From Coniocarpon cinnabarinum (lineage: Eukaryota): a stretch of 64,000 bases of DNA. The position numbers and the translations under genes are program-made. Positions 9,932 through 20,451 of this stretch are shown here, in pieces (the stretch's first letter is position 1; every line of letters begins with the position of its first letter). The stretch is taken from positions 62,001 through 126,000 of the forward strand of contig JAVECO010000026.1 of the NCBI GenBank assembly GCA_051942205.1, written 5' to 3'. The notes beneath the pieces were generated by a model. It was given only the letters and a program-made list of their open reading frames with translations. It was not told where the DNA came from and made no database searches.

Positions 9932-11289
9932 ATGGATCAATCAGAGATCGACGCCACCTTAGCAGCCACCTATTCCCTCAAAAGAACGCATTCTTGGCCT
10001 CCATCCCAATGGTATCTTGATCGCTTTGCAGAGGACCCTGAACTGCCAGTCACTGCCTTCCAAGAACTTTCGCAGGACATTAATGAGGCTCGCCAAAGTC
10101 TAACTGCACCAGTCGAGCCCTCGTCGATCGACCGTGGATGTTCGAGGCTAGCTGAGAAACCTAGTGGATCCGACTGGAGTGAAAGCTCGTCAGTGAAAGC
10201 ATCTTCCAACAAGACCGTGGCGGGGAGCGCATTCTCATCTGCTTCACATCTTCCAAGATACGATTCTTTTGCAAGTTCAGGCGATTTGGATCTGGCCAGA
10301 GTAGCAAGCGCAGCTCAGAAGAAGGCCTCTTTTCGCGAGAGCAAAATCAAGAGATGGTCTCGCGACATGTCGAAGACTTCAAAGAGAATGGCGAAACATC
10401 TTTTCCCGAAAATGAGCAGGGACCGGGCGAGTACTTTTGACAGCGAGTCTCCTTTGCCGGAACAAACGCGTCATGAACGCCACCGAAGAATCTCCAAATC
10501 TAGCTTGAGAGACGTGAATACCACAGATTTCCGTTCAGCACTAGGGCCTTCGCCTTCCACAAAGCCCCTCACAACAGAGGTTCTAGAGCAAGAGGGCATT
10601 GACCAAGATGCTGAGTCGAAATCAAGGCCCTCGGGTGTGGATGAAAGGCCGTCCGACATCGTGCCCGCTAAAGCAGCTGCACCAGAGACTCGCCGCGAGT
10701 GGTTGCGGGGAAGATCCAGGTCACGGTCAAGGTCCCGAATGAGGCACTCGTCTGACGATATGAGTTTGGAAGAGCTCCACATGCCCTTTTTGTTCTCCAT
10801 ACCCTCGCCACCTCGTTTCAGAGAAAGGTGAGCGCCCTCTTCTCAATGAAATTTCCATCATTGCAAAGCACTACTCAGCTCAGTTGAAGACTTCCTACGA
10901 ACCGGCTCCGCTCTGGAGCGACAGTTCACATACGCTATCGTGTTACTGACTGCTTTGATAGACGAAGCAGTGCTTTGTGGGCTGATCTGCCGCAGCATGG
11001 ACGAAGTCTCGACATTCCACGCAGAGACCTACTCGATCTTTATGGCGGCATTCAAGCAGCAGCGGGCATGCCACATCAAATACGAAAGCGGCACGCCAAT
11101 GGCCGCAGGAAGGCGTCCAAAGAGCCCGACCGTAATTTGCACGATATACGTGAAGAGTCGAACGCCAGTCAGATTTTCCGGGACGAGGAGGCAGCAAGGA
11201 TTAGAGAAAATGCGCAACGAGCGTCACGCAGCGTGAGGCCGAGGGCGTCAAGTGACGGTAGCTTAGCATCAAGTTATCTGTCTTCATGA
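9932..11289 (+). CDS. Hypothetical Ser/Arg-rich disordered protein (probably 2 exons)
   Basis: A 300-codon ORF from ATG 9932 ends at a GTGAGC donor (~10828). The downstream ORF 10975-11289 is the likely last exon. No recognisable domain. Confidence 0.5.
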
Positions 11290-12150
11290 CCCGATCAGCT
11301 GGGCGAGGCGCGGGGATCTGATCTCCAGCACGAAGGCCAGCGCAGCCGCTCTAGCAATGACCCATATCTGCAGAGTACAGCATCCAGGATTTCTCTGTGT
11401 CTCTTGAAAGCTGTCGAGGCCAATTTGAAAATGCCACGAGCACCTTGCTCAAAGCGTAGGTAGTTGACGCCAAGCCCTGAGCCTGGCTACCTCATGAAAC
11501 ATGTGACGTCTCCCTCGGAATGAACTCGTCGCATCGTCACGGGTACGCTGTGCACCAGGCATACGCAACGCAATCATGGTCTCCATTTACGACACGTTCT
11601 TCTGTTTTGGGTCTTCATGCGAGGTAGAGGCCTTTTAGCGAAGTAGGGGTCTTTTTGCGAGGTAAAGATCATTTTGTAAAGGTCATTTTGCGAGGTGTAG
11701 GACATGCTGCGAGCTAGTGGGGCTTTTGAGAGGACGATGTCTTTCTGCGAAGCGTATGCGCATAGACAGTAGTTGTGCGAGGCGTCTCTGTGAGTCACTT
11801 GCAACGAGGAATTGTGGCGCGAATAGCTCCCGTTCCACAACAACGCGGCTGGTGGGATGCTCACAACAGCTTGCTTCCTTACGTTAGGATTTACTAAGAT
11901 CGATGGAACCGGTAGGGACAGCTGGCCGAAGTGGCCAAAGTCCACATATATATTTAGCTACCCAGTAACCCAGTCGAAATCCTCAAAAACACATCCCAGC
12001 GTGGTTTTAACATTATTACTACAACACCCATTTGCTAAGAGTATCAAGCAGTGTCTATTTCTGAGAGAGTTACTACTTTACAAAGACGAGATGCCGACTC
12101 TGAAGGAAGCTCTCGAAGAATTCCCAACTGATCACACCATGCCCAGACAC

Positions 12151-12363
12151 GAACACCCTGGGCTGATTTCCGAATTTGTGAACTCGTACTCTGCAATAGG
12201 TACCAAAGAAGAGGACGAAGCAATGCCAAAACATTATGAGCACTTTCCCAAGTGGGCTCGAGACTTCACCCGAAACAGTGAACTTCGACGAAAAGCGAAT
12301 TCCCAGAGTGCCAATGGAGGCGATGCGAGCGCCAATGGAGGAGAGCAGCAGTCTGGTACCTAG
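12151..12363 (+). CDS. Small hypothetical protein (70 aa)
   Basis: MPTLKEALEEFPTDH...HFPKWARDFTRNSELRRK has protein-like composition, with a TATA-like TATATATTTAG at ~11947 upstream. Confidence 0.35.
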   Translation, partial: EHPGLISEFVNSYSAIGTKEEDEAMPKHYEHFPKWARDFTRNSELRRKANSQSANGGDASANGGEQQSGT

Positions 12364-13800
12364 GGACAACGCCAATAGAGGTGATCTGACCGCATCGAGG
12401 GTACTGTACGAAGGCCGCATACGGGTTTCATGATATACAAAAAACCTCGCGGCAGAGCAGCCACTTCGGGTGATGTTTACGCTCTTTTGCCTCGGAGACG
12501 ATTGGCAAATGCATACTCCTATAGCCGAATGTTCACTACTTCCAGTTCGTGTTATTGGCAAGTGCTTTTCCGATCACGAAACCTACAAATGCAATTCCTA
12601 TTGGATTTTCATCCCAGGCTAGCGAGGGGACCTTCCTGCCGAAATATAATTGGCGTTAGTGTCCCTGGGCAAGATCGATGTTTTGACAGCAAATTGAGCT
12701 GCTTCGAATTAAAGAACTTGTGAGTATCTCGGCATAAAAGTGCTCTCGCAAGGTAGAGATGAACATTTTTGATCTTGCATCATTAGGGACCCACACGCTT
12801 TTTGAATCTGGAACCTATATCAAGGTTTCCAATGCAGCAACCAAGAGTTTAGTATCGTGAGACTTGACGGTAGGATGCAGTTGAAGCACGTGTATGCACA
12901 GGACTAAGCACATCCCGTGATTTTGATCCTGCCACCCAAGAATCTCTCCCGCCACTCGAATGCACAAATGCGGCATTGTCCAAGTCACGTGATTCTGTCA
13001 CGTTTGACCGCAAGGCCGTGCATCATCTTAGCACAGGAGATGCTTCACCACACAAGGGAAGAGACCGAGTTTCAAGACCCAAAAGAGCTGCAAAATGAGC
13101 TGCCAGATGCAATAACGTCAATGAACTAGTCTCTCGTGAACATTTGACCTACTACTGACAGTCAGGGAAGCTCTCTTCCTCACCATTGGCCCCCCTATTT
13201 ACCAAATGAGCGGGCTAAGAAGCACCTGTTTATTCCGCTATCTGACTCAGCGACTCCAAACCGCGCTGAAACGTTTCAACGAGGTCTGCCGCGTTGTAAC
13301 ACAGGTATTCGTCGCGCCACTCAACTGGGACTTGTGCCATCTTGTCGTTCTTGGCAATACCCAAAATCCTCCGGGCTCTTTGCGCTGATTTAAAATTACG
13401 TGATACGTTTGGAGCAGAGTCATGAAACAATGTGCGCTGGTAGCCATGCTGATGCGCTGTAGACTACTTAACCAGACAAATAAACGCACTGATACTTTGC
13501 TGTCTCAGCACGTCGCAGTGTGAGGTTTGTCTCACACAGCGAGCTTAGAACGGTTTTAACACCTGTTTTCATGATCTGCTGGAAGAAGTGTATAACAACC
13601 ATGTGGTCTCTCCACGCGCATTTATGTCGCAAAGACAGCCTCATCTTTCCACATAATTATTTGCAACACGAACTCATCTCCACTCCAACCCTATCTCCTT
13701 TCTTCTGGACGTTCCTAGTCCGTGAGACTTACGCAAAACGTTTCAGGACATCCAAACTCGATTTGAACAACGCTGTTCAAGTGCAGGGGCTATTGCGGAG

Positions 13801-14481
13801 ATGTCATTTCTTTTCGGCTCTTCGAGTGACACAAGCAGTACTCATAGACTAACTTCCATTAGAAAGTTGTTAAGAGACACTAGCAATGACCTTGCGCTTG
13901 ATGTTCCTTCGGATGCAATTGTGGCGATGGGTTTCAGCCCTAAGCACATGTTCTTGGGTTGTTCTAATGTGGCTGACCATCACGTCGTTGGCATCGCCAG
14001 CACTCTAGTCGTGCTCGTGATAAAGATTGCAGCAAGGGATGATGAACATGTCAAGACTCGGATCGACAAGTTCTGCGCTGAGTTCGACAGCCTTCGCAAG
14101 AGGAAGGGGTATTTTGATCCAAAGTACGATCCGGCCCATGTCATCTATTCCATGTCACATGAGGAAAACACATCGAAGCTGCCTCAGAGTCAGATCGAGA
14201 TTATTGAGAACGCCCTTCAGGCACAGGGAGTTAGCCCCAAGGGACATCTATTCAACTCGGACCCGAGATTCCTCGACAAAGTGACGCATCCAGAGGAGTA
14301 CGGTACGTACTACTGGAAGGGCGATGGCAAGTCGCCCCCGCAATGCTATGTTCATGGCAAACTAGAGACGTCTGCCCATGCAGGAACAATCGCAGTGACC
14401 GGGTCTAGCTCATCGGCAGCAGACACACAGGCTCATCTGAACCGCATACGTCCGAACCCGGGGAGGATCCAGCTAGACTGA
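13801..14481 (+). CDS. Hypothetical protein, uncharacterised domain (paralog A)
   Basis: 226-codon ORF, possibly containing an in-frame intron (GCTGAC at ~13972, CAG at 14000). Colinear similarity with ORF 18158-18655. Confidence 0.65.
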   Translation: MSFLFGSSSDTSSTHRLTSIRKLLRDTSNDLALDVPSDAIVAMGFSPKHMFLGCSNVADHHVVGIASTLVVLVIKIAARDDEHVKTRIDKFCAEFDSLRKRKGYFDPKYDPAHVIYSMSHEENTSKLPQSQIEIIENALQAQGVSPKGHLFNSDPRFLDKVTHPEEYGTYYWKGDGKSPPQCYVHGKLETSAHAGTIAVTGSSSSAADTQAHLNRIRPNPGRIQLD

Positions 14482-15180
14482 GAAGCTTGATATCCAGATG
14501 CCAGACAGTGTGTGGATTGGTGGCCAACGTGTCATGTGGCAAAGACTATAGTAAAGTAAGCTTGCTCTTACATGTGTACATACTCCTGCTCATGCAGACA
14601 CGCATGGCTACACTCAATCCGGTATCATTTCCGAAGCCCAACGGTCGAAAGCTGCACAGGACCAGGAGGAACTCAGTCACGATTGCATCGTTACAACTCT
14701 TTCTCATCAAACTGTACCATGCCCCAAAAACACCATCTGCTCTAGGTGCAGCTCAGATTGCAACCTTCGACCACATGAACAAAAGCCTGGGGGAAAAGGA
14801 ACTGACCACCCTGCCCAAGGCGTTGTCCGGCGCGACAACTTCGGGGGCAGCGTTAGCGCGGAAGCCGAAGAGGTAAACAGACGTGGCGGGGCAGAATTCC
14901 GGAGGCAGGCACACCAAGCCATCCCATTCTCTGGCCGACAGCCACAAAGCTTGTGACGCGCCTCTCGTACCTGGGCTACGAATCTTTGCTGACAGCTGAG
15001 TGCTTGCAAGTCTCTCTCCAACTCCTCCACTGACTGGCTCCAGAACGCGTTCTCCATCGTTGCCTGGTCGACCTCCGCCTTTTTGTGCAATACCTAGTTT
15101 GAACCGGTCGTCTGCGTTCACACTGCCACAAGCTTGCTCAAACGTTGTTGCTGGGCTCTTAGTCAGGTTGCTGAGCCACT

Positions 15181-16578
15181 ATGGCTCCAGCAGCGGCTCT
15201 CAGAGCATCCAGCGAGCCTCTCGACTCCTCAGGCTTCCTAGCAGCCCGTCACGATGGAAACGTTGAAGCACGAACACTACCTCCCTATCCGCAATCCGAA
15301 CTCAACCTCCGTCAACCAGTGGTCGCCGATGACTGGCCTTTGCAGCCTTCTGGCACCATTCAACCTCGCGATACCACACAGATCCCTAACCCCGCAAAGC
15401 CTGTCAACCCAAGCTTCGATCCAATGGCTGGAGCGCGGACACCGGAGAGCTTCAACAACAAAGGCTATTTCGCACTATTTGCCATCCTTGGAGCAGTCAT
15501 GGTAGTCGCAGCAATTTGGTTCTTCTTCTGGGCGGACAACGGTGGTTTCAAGTGGAAGAAAAATGACTGGGACGAGTACAAGTCGACGGTGCTTCGTCGC
15601 AAGGACAAATACGGCAACACTCTGAGTAATGCCACGCCACGCACCGATCTTGGCCACAAGAGTGTTGCTGGAACTTTTGACAACGAGAAGCGAGACCTCG
15701 AGATGGGTGAGACGACGGACGGTCGATCTCATCGTCATCATCGACGCCGAAAGCACTCTCAGAGACCACGACACGAGCGCGAACCTAGCGACGAAGACCT
15801 GAGAGCATATCAACACGAGAAGTCTGCTAAGGTTGGAGGCATCAACCGCCAGGCTGATGGCTCGCATTACGACTTCACCAACTCCGATTACTCCTACTCT
15901 GCTTACTCTTTGTCGGCCTATGATGACGCCGCGTCCAACGACTCCCGAACTCAACTTCAACCCCAGCCCAAATCGCCTAAAAATGTGGAAACCGCCGCAA
16001 AGAAGAAAGGATACCTCGAGAAGAAAAAAGAGCAGCGAGCGCAGAAGAGCGCCGAGAAGAAGGTGGTAAAGGATCAGAAAAGAGTAGAGAAGGCTGCTCG
16101 TAAAGAGCAAAAGAAGGGAAAAGGCAAGCCAGAGAGAACGCCGGCGTTCAAAGTAACCGAAGCCCATCGCGTTCGACCAGCTCACCGCAGACCTTCCTTC
16201 TCTACTCTGGACGAGACCTCGACGGTTGCTGACAACAGCCACGGCGGCCACGACAAATCCTACTACGCCAACTACCGGCCCGAGCAGCCGACGTTCGCGC
16301 GCACTTACGGCAATCGATCTTCGCCTGCACGCGCTTCGCCTCGACACACGCCCGCCCCGCGTGAACCACGTCAGTCAAGTCCTTTGAAGAAGGAGTTTAC
16401 GCCCAGACCGCCCGGCTCATGGGAGGCGTACTCAGATGCCGGCACGAGTGACAGTGGGACAAAAGCCTATGAGCATCACATTCCTGGTATTAGTAAGAGC
16501 CGAGCAACGCCTTCAAGAAGCAACGGGTACCGGCGAGGCGGTGGTGGAAGACGGGACAGTCTGAGTGATAGCGATTGA
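15181..16578 (+). CDS. Fungal single-pass membrane protein with basic, disordered tail
   Basis: TM segment GYFALFAILGAVMVVAAIWFFFW, then NGGFKWKKNDWDEYKSTVLRRK and a Lys-rich coiled region; 465-codon ORF. Confidence 0.8.
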   Translation: MAPAAALRASSEPLDSSGFLAARHDGNVEARTLPPYPQSELNLRQPVVADDWPLQPSGTIQPRDTTQIPNPAKPVNPSFDPMAGARTPESFNNKGYFALFAILGAVMVVAAIWFFFWADNGGFKWKKNDWDEYKSTVLRRKDKYGNTLSNATPRTDLGHKSVAGTFDNEKRDLEMGETTDGRSHRHHRRRKHSQRPRHEREPSDEDLRAYQHEKSAKVGGINRQADGSHYDFTNSDYSYSAYSLSAYDDAASNDSRTQLQPQPKSPKNVETAAKKKGYLEKKKEQRAQKSAEKKVVKDQKRVEKAARKEQKKGKGKPERTPAFKVTEAHRVRPAHRRPSFSTLDETSTVADNSHGGHDKSYYANYRPEQPTFARTYGNRSSPARASPRHTPAPREPRQSSPLKKEFTPRPPGSWEAYSDAGTSDSGTKAYEHHIPGISKSRATPSRSNGYRRGGGGRRDSLSDSD

Positions 16579-17949
16579 GCCGTTAGGCTGCTTGGAAATT
16601 GCATGTCGAGTGCAACAGGTTTGAGGATGATGGTATGTAGGATAGCGCTTGTGCGCAGACACGACAGATGGTGCTCAAACATTGTATAGACTAGAGACAT
16701 CCGTTATTCGAGTAAATTGGGTCGTGGCCCCACATTATGCAAATTCTTGAAGCAAGTGCCTCTTCAGTTGATCTTCAGTAAAAGGGTTGGGACCGCGACG
16801 AGATCAGTGGACGCTGAGCAGTCTTGGCTCCGTCCTCACCTGGACACGTAAGTTGATGTTGGGAAGATCGTGACATGGTGCCAGCGTTTGGAAGGCGACC
16901 CGCTGTTCTGCGTCTTGCAACCGCGTTAATACGCATTACGTCACGTGATGCTGAAGTGCTACCTCACCACAACCCCTGATTTGTATAACGCCAATTGATG
17001 CGTCATTAGATTCGCTATCAGAGTCGAATCACTCGAGTTTCAAGTGGATCACGACATTTTCTCAGATGGATACCTGCCAACTGTACCCAGTCCAGCTTAC
17101 ATTTAGGGGCTGGAGACTTCGTATTTTCGTGTTGTTACTCGTGAGGTTGCTCAGCAATGAAGCACTGCAAACACCACTCATCCTCCTCCAGGGCCCTAGT
17201 CTCAGCGTTTTTCCCCCTACTTTACCTGTGGTATCGTGTTCTAATTGTAATTGCTGCAAGCAAAACACCACGCTAGCTTCAGACCGAGCCCCGTTGCGTG
17301 CTTTTCGAACAGGACGAGTGTTCGTGTCATCATACGAACTGCCCAAACCTTGTCGAAATGCTACGGTTGCTGGCGTGACTGTTGTCGTGTCACGTTCAGG
17401 CTACGTGGAGTCTTTGAACCTAAATTTGCTTCTCTGCTTCTCTGGTGATGTGTCCGTCTATCTCGTATTTCGTCATTGGTCGTTTCAGACCTCTGTGCCA
17501 TACGCGTTCCCTACAAGATCGGTCAGCAGGTACATGGCAAGTGTTTGACAGGTGGCCGATATGCTTCGTAATGAAAGAGACAGCTTGCAGTAATTTTACA
17601 AGGAATAAATGCGCTCGTCGATGCTCGTCTAGGAACACATAAAGCATACTTGAAGTAAATCGTCGTAACACAGCAACGCGTTGCGCATGCTAGTGTTCCC
17701 CCAGAACAGCATTATTTAAGACCTAATACTTCTTGCATCCCTCTTCTTAGGGCTCTATTACTTGCTGTACAAGCAGGAAGCTCTATTTTGTATGTAAGTC
17801 ATTCACGATCTACTTCCCTCACTGCAATCGTCAAGCCGGCCAAGGCTCCCATTAATTAGCAAGAAACTAAGGGAGGCTGTTCTTTAAAAGAAGAAAAAGT
17901 CATGGCAGCGCATTTGTTTTAGATTTATGGACATAAAAAGCCAGAACAC

Positions 17950-18655
17950 ATGCTAGGAAAATACGTGGTATACATTAGCTACAGTCACCCCTTTCAACAA
18001 ATATTCATTGCCATCCTAATGATCTTGACCAGGACCAAGATAGCATTATTCGTACCAATAAAGACGATCCTGAGCTCAATGTCGCAGAAGTTGCAGACCG
18101 CGTCTTCATCAAATTTAGTAAACACAGCCGGATGGATTACGCACACGAGCTGAGACTGTGCGAAGTCATCGTTATTGCGTGCATATTAATGAGAGAGATC
18201 TGACTCGGGTTCTTGCTCAGATGAAAAAAATCTACGAATTCAAGAAGAGTCAAGGATTCTTTAGCGACAACGACATCGAGACATACACAGTGTATCACCA
18301 TGGCACTGACCGCCCTGACCGCACAGAGCCAACAGAAAAGATAAATGAAACTAACCAATGCTTGCAAGCTATGGGACTTCCGCGGCCGGTGGGTCCGAAA
18401 TACAATGCTGGCGACGCTTGGTGGCGTGCTATTTTCCTCGGTAGAGGTAGTGTATACATGGTTGGAGATGGCACCAATCGGCCGAAACTATTTCTGGAGG
18501 AACACGAAATCAAAGGTGAACCGGGCCATTCATCAGCCCCGAGTAAAGGATGGGATCAGGATTACCCGTGGCAGTGGGGTAAGCAAGATGACCCTGGAGA
18601 GGCTACCAATCCGTATGGCTTGCCCATACACACGCTTCATTTCGGAAGGCATTAG
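17950..18655 (+). CDS. Hypothetical protein, uncharacterised domain (paralog B); 5' exon structure uncertain
   Basis: The last exon (~18160-18655) aligns with paralog A. The upstream segment DQDSIIRTNKDDPELNVAEV lies in another frame, after a CTAAT...CAG acceptor (~18032). Confidence 0.55.
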
Positions 18656-18970
18656 CACTCGCGAGATTCTCTCTGGTCTGTTGGGACGGCAAGGTGCACG
18701 ATAAATAGGCCGAGCGGTGAATGAACGGGACTTGCTTACATATGTACCAACCCTGTCACTGCAATTTGTGCTCATCGTGTATTTTATCTCCTGCGAATCA
18801 ATTAACGATGTACAGAAACCCAGGGTAGACTTGACATTGACCTTTGAAAGACGTATCATTCAGATTGGCTGGCCACAACGCCTCGCTGCCGTGAAGTCTT
18901 TGCTAGTCACGTGAACCCTTGGCGTATCCTCTGTGTCAATAAGCCCAACAGTCAAGGTTCATTATCCTTT

Positions 18971-19522
18971 ATGGCCTCAAAGCCGCCCATTGAACCCTCC
19001 GCGATCGATCAGCTCATCTACAGTCATCTTGACTCGGCTTCGGCGCTATTTCCACATCCTCCTCACCTTCAAGCGCTCGCCCTGCAAGTCCAACACAACC
19101 TTCAGTACCAGCACGATTGGAGCGGGCTGCGCCTCCATACCCACTCTGCGCTGGGAACCTGCCCGCCTCTTGCTCGTCCGCTCGTCTCCGGCGTGCCTCC
19201 TAACCCTATATACATCCATCCTGATAAGCAAATCGAATTCATCAAGGCCGGTATCGAAGAGAAGGACGCGCCTAAGCGGCGCGAGTGGGTGCTTCCGACG
19301 CATTTGAGCGAGAAGTGGTCACTTAAGAAATTTGGGGAGGTGTTTGATGCAATTGAAACAGTTCCTGAGCCTGAGGGGGGCAATAGCGATGCACCTCAAC
19401 AGGCGGCAGCCGACATGGATCAGCGAGAGCTGAAGAGGGTTTTGCTGGCGACTGTTGATGAGGATAGCACGGTGACTTATTATATCGTTCATGATGGGAT
19501 TGTAAAGCCGAGACAGAACTAG
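18971..19522 (+). CDS. SEN15: tRNA-splicing endonuclease subunit Sen15
   Basis: QVQHNLQYQHDW, PLVSGVPPNPIYIHPD, EWVLPTHLSEKWSL and RVLLATVDEDSTVTYYIVHDGIVKPRQN match fungal Sen15. Confidence 0.9.
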   Translation: MASKPPIEPSAIDQLIYSHLDSASALFPHPPHLQALALQVQHNLQYQHDWSGLRLHTHSALGTCPPLARPLVSGVPPNPIYIHPDKQIEFIKAGIEEKDAPKRREWVLPTHLSEKWSLKKFGEVFDAIETVPEPEGGNSDAPQQAAADMDQRELKRVLLATVDEDSTVTYYIVHDGIVKPRQN

Positions 19523-20451
19523 AACTGCGCTGCGAGGTATGCATTGAGAACGTGCGTTGAGATCAAGATCCCTACTATTTCGCTGCAAAGCATGCTGGTG
19601 TGCTCAACGGGTAAACCCTGCCTTGCTGACGCTCCTACCTTGCCAGCAGATAGACGGCTGTTTCTGCTTGAAGGATCATCCGCTTCAATGGGTTCCAGCT
19701 CATGCTCATGTTCATGATAAAAACCCACTGGCTAGAAAAGTACATTTGTGCGAAACCAAAAGTGGGATTAGGGCTATGCAAAGCAGCTCCGACAAGCATG
19801 GTGAAAAATGTACTTTCATATGTTATTGACGATTACACTACTCTCCAAAAAGGGGCCCAGAAAAGGCACTAGTATCAAATACCCCTAACAGAACACCCGT
19901 AGGTGGAGCAAATATAGCTGCGGCAATGCCTTCTAGACTGGGCATCTTGCGGAAGATTGTTGCTCAAGCGACGCATTTGTCACGTTGACGCTTCACCTTA
20001 ATAGAGAGGCAGTATCCTCTTCCATAAGCATCACCCAATGCAGGGAGCTTACCTACTGCTCACTAATTAGCGATGGTCATCCGATGCCGTTTCACAAGTA
20101 ATATCTTTGGAGTAAGCATTGGTCTTATCATGTGATTTCGACGACGAATGTTGCATGGGTTGATTTGAGGTGAGCGTCTCATCGTCAGAGCAGCACATGA
20201 TACTCGCTTGAACAGATCTCTTGTGATCAACTCTGTCGAAGAGGTAGCTGTCATCCGATTGCCGCGTGCCCGCGAAGCTCCAATCATCTCTGATATTCGA
20301 CGCCTTTAAACTCTTGTCCCCATCTTCTTTGGGGTATATAAACTCGCGATGAGCATTTTCTGCAGGAAATAAGGCATTAACAGTCTTCAACATTATTAGA
20401 TTCTTTTCATCATCATCGTCATCTTTACCGGCGTGGAAACTGCGCTCCACA

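Noticed and set aside
14707..15090. 127-aa Cys-containing minus-strand ORF divergent from the gene at 15181
   Set aside because: It could be a small gene, but there is no motif or splice support, so it is not called.
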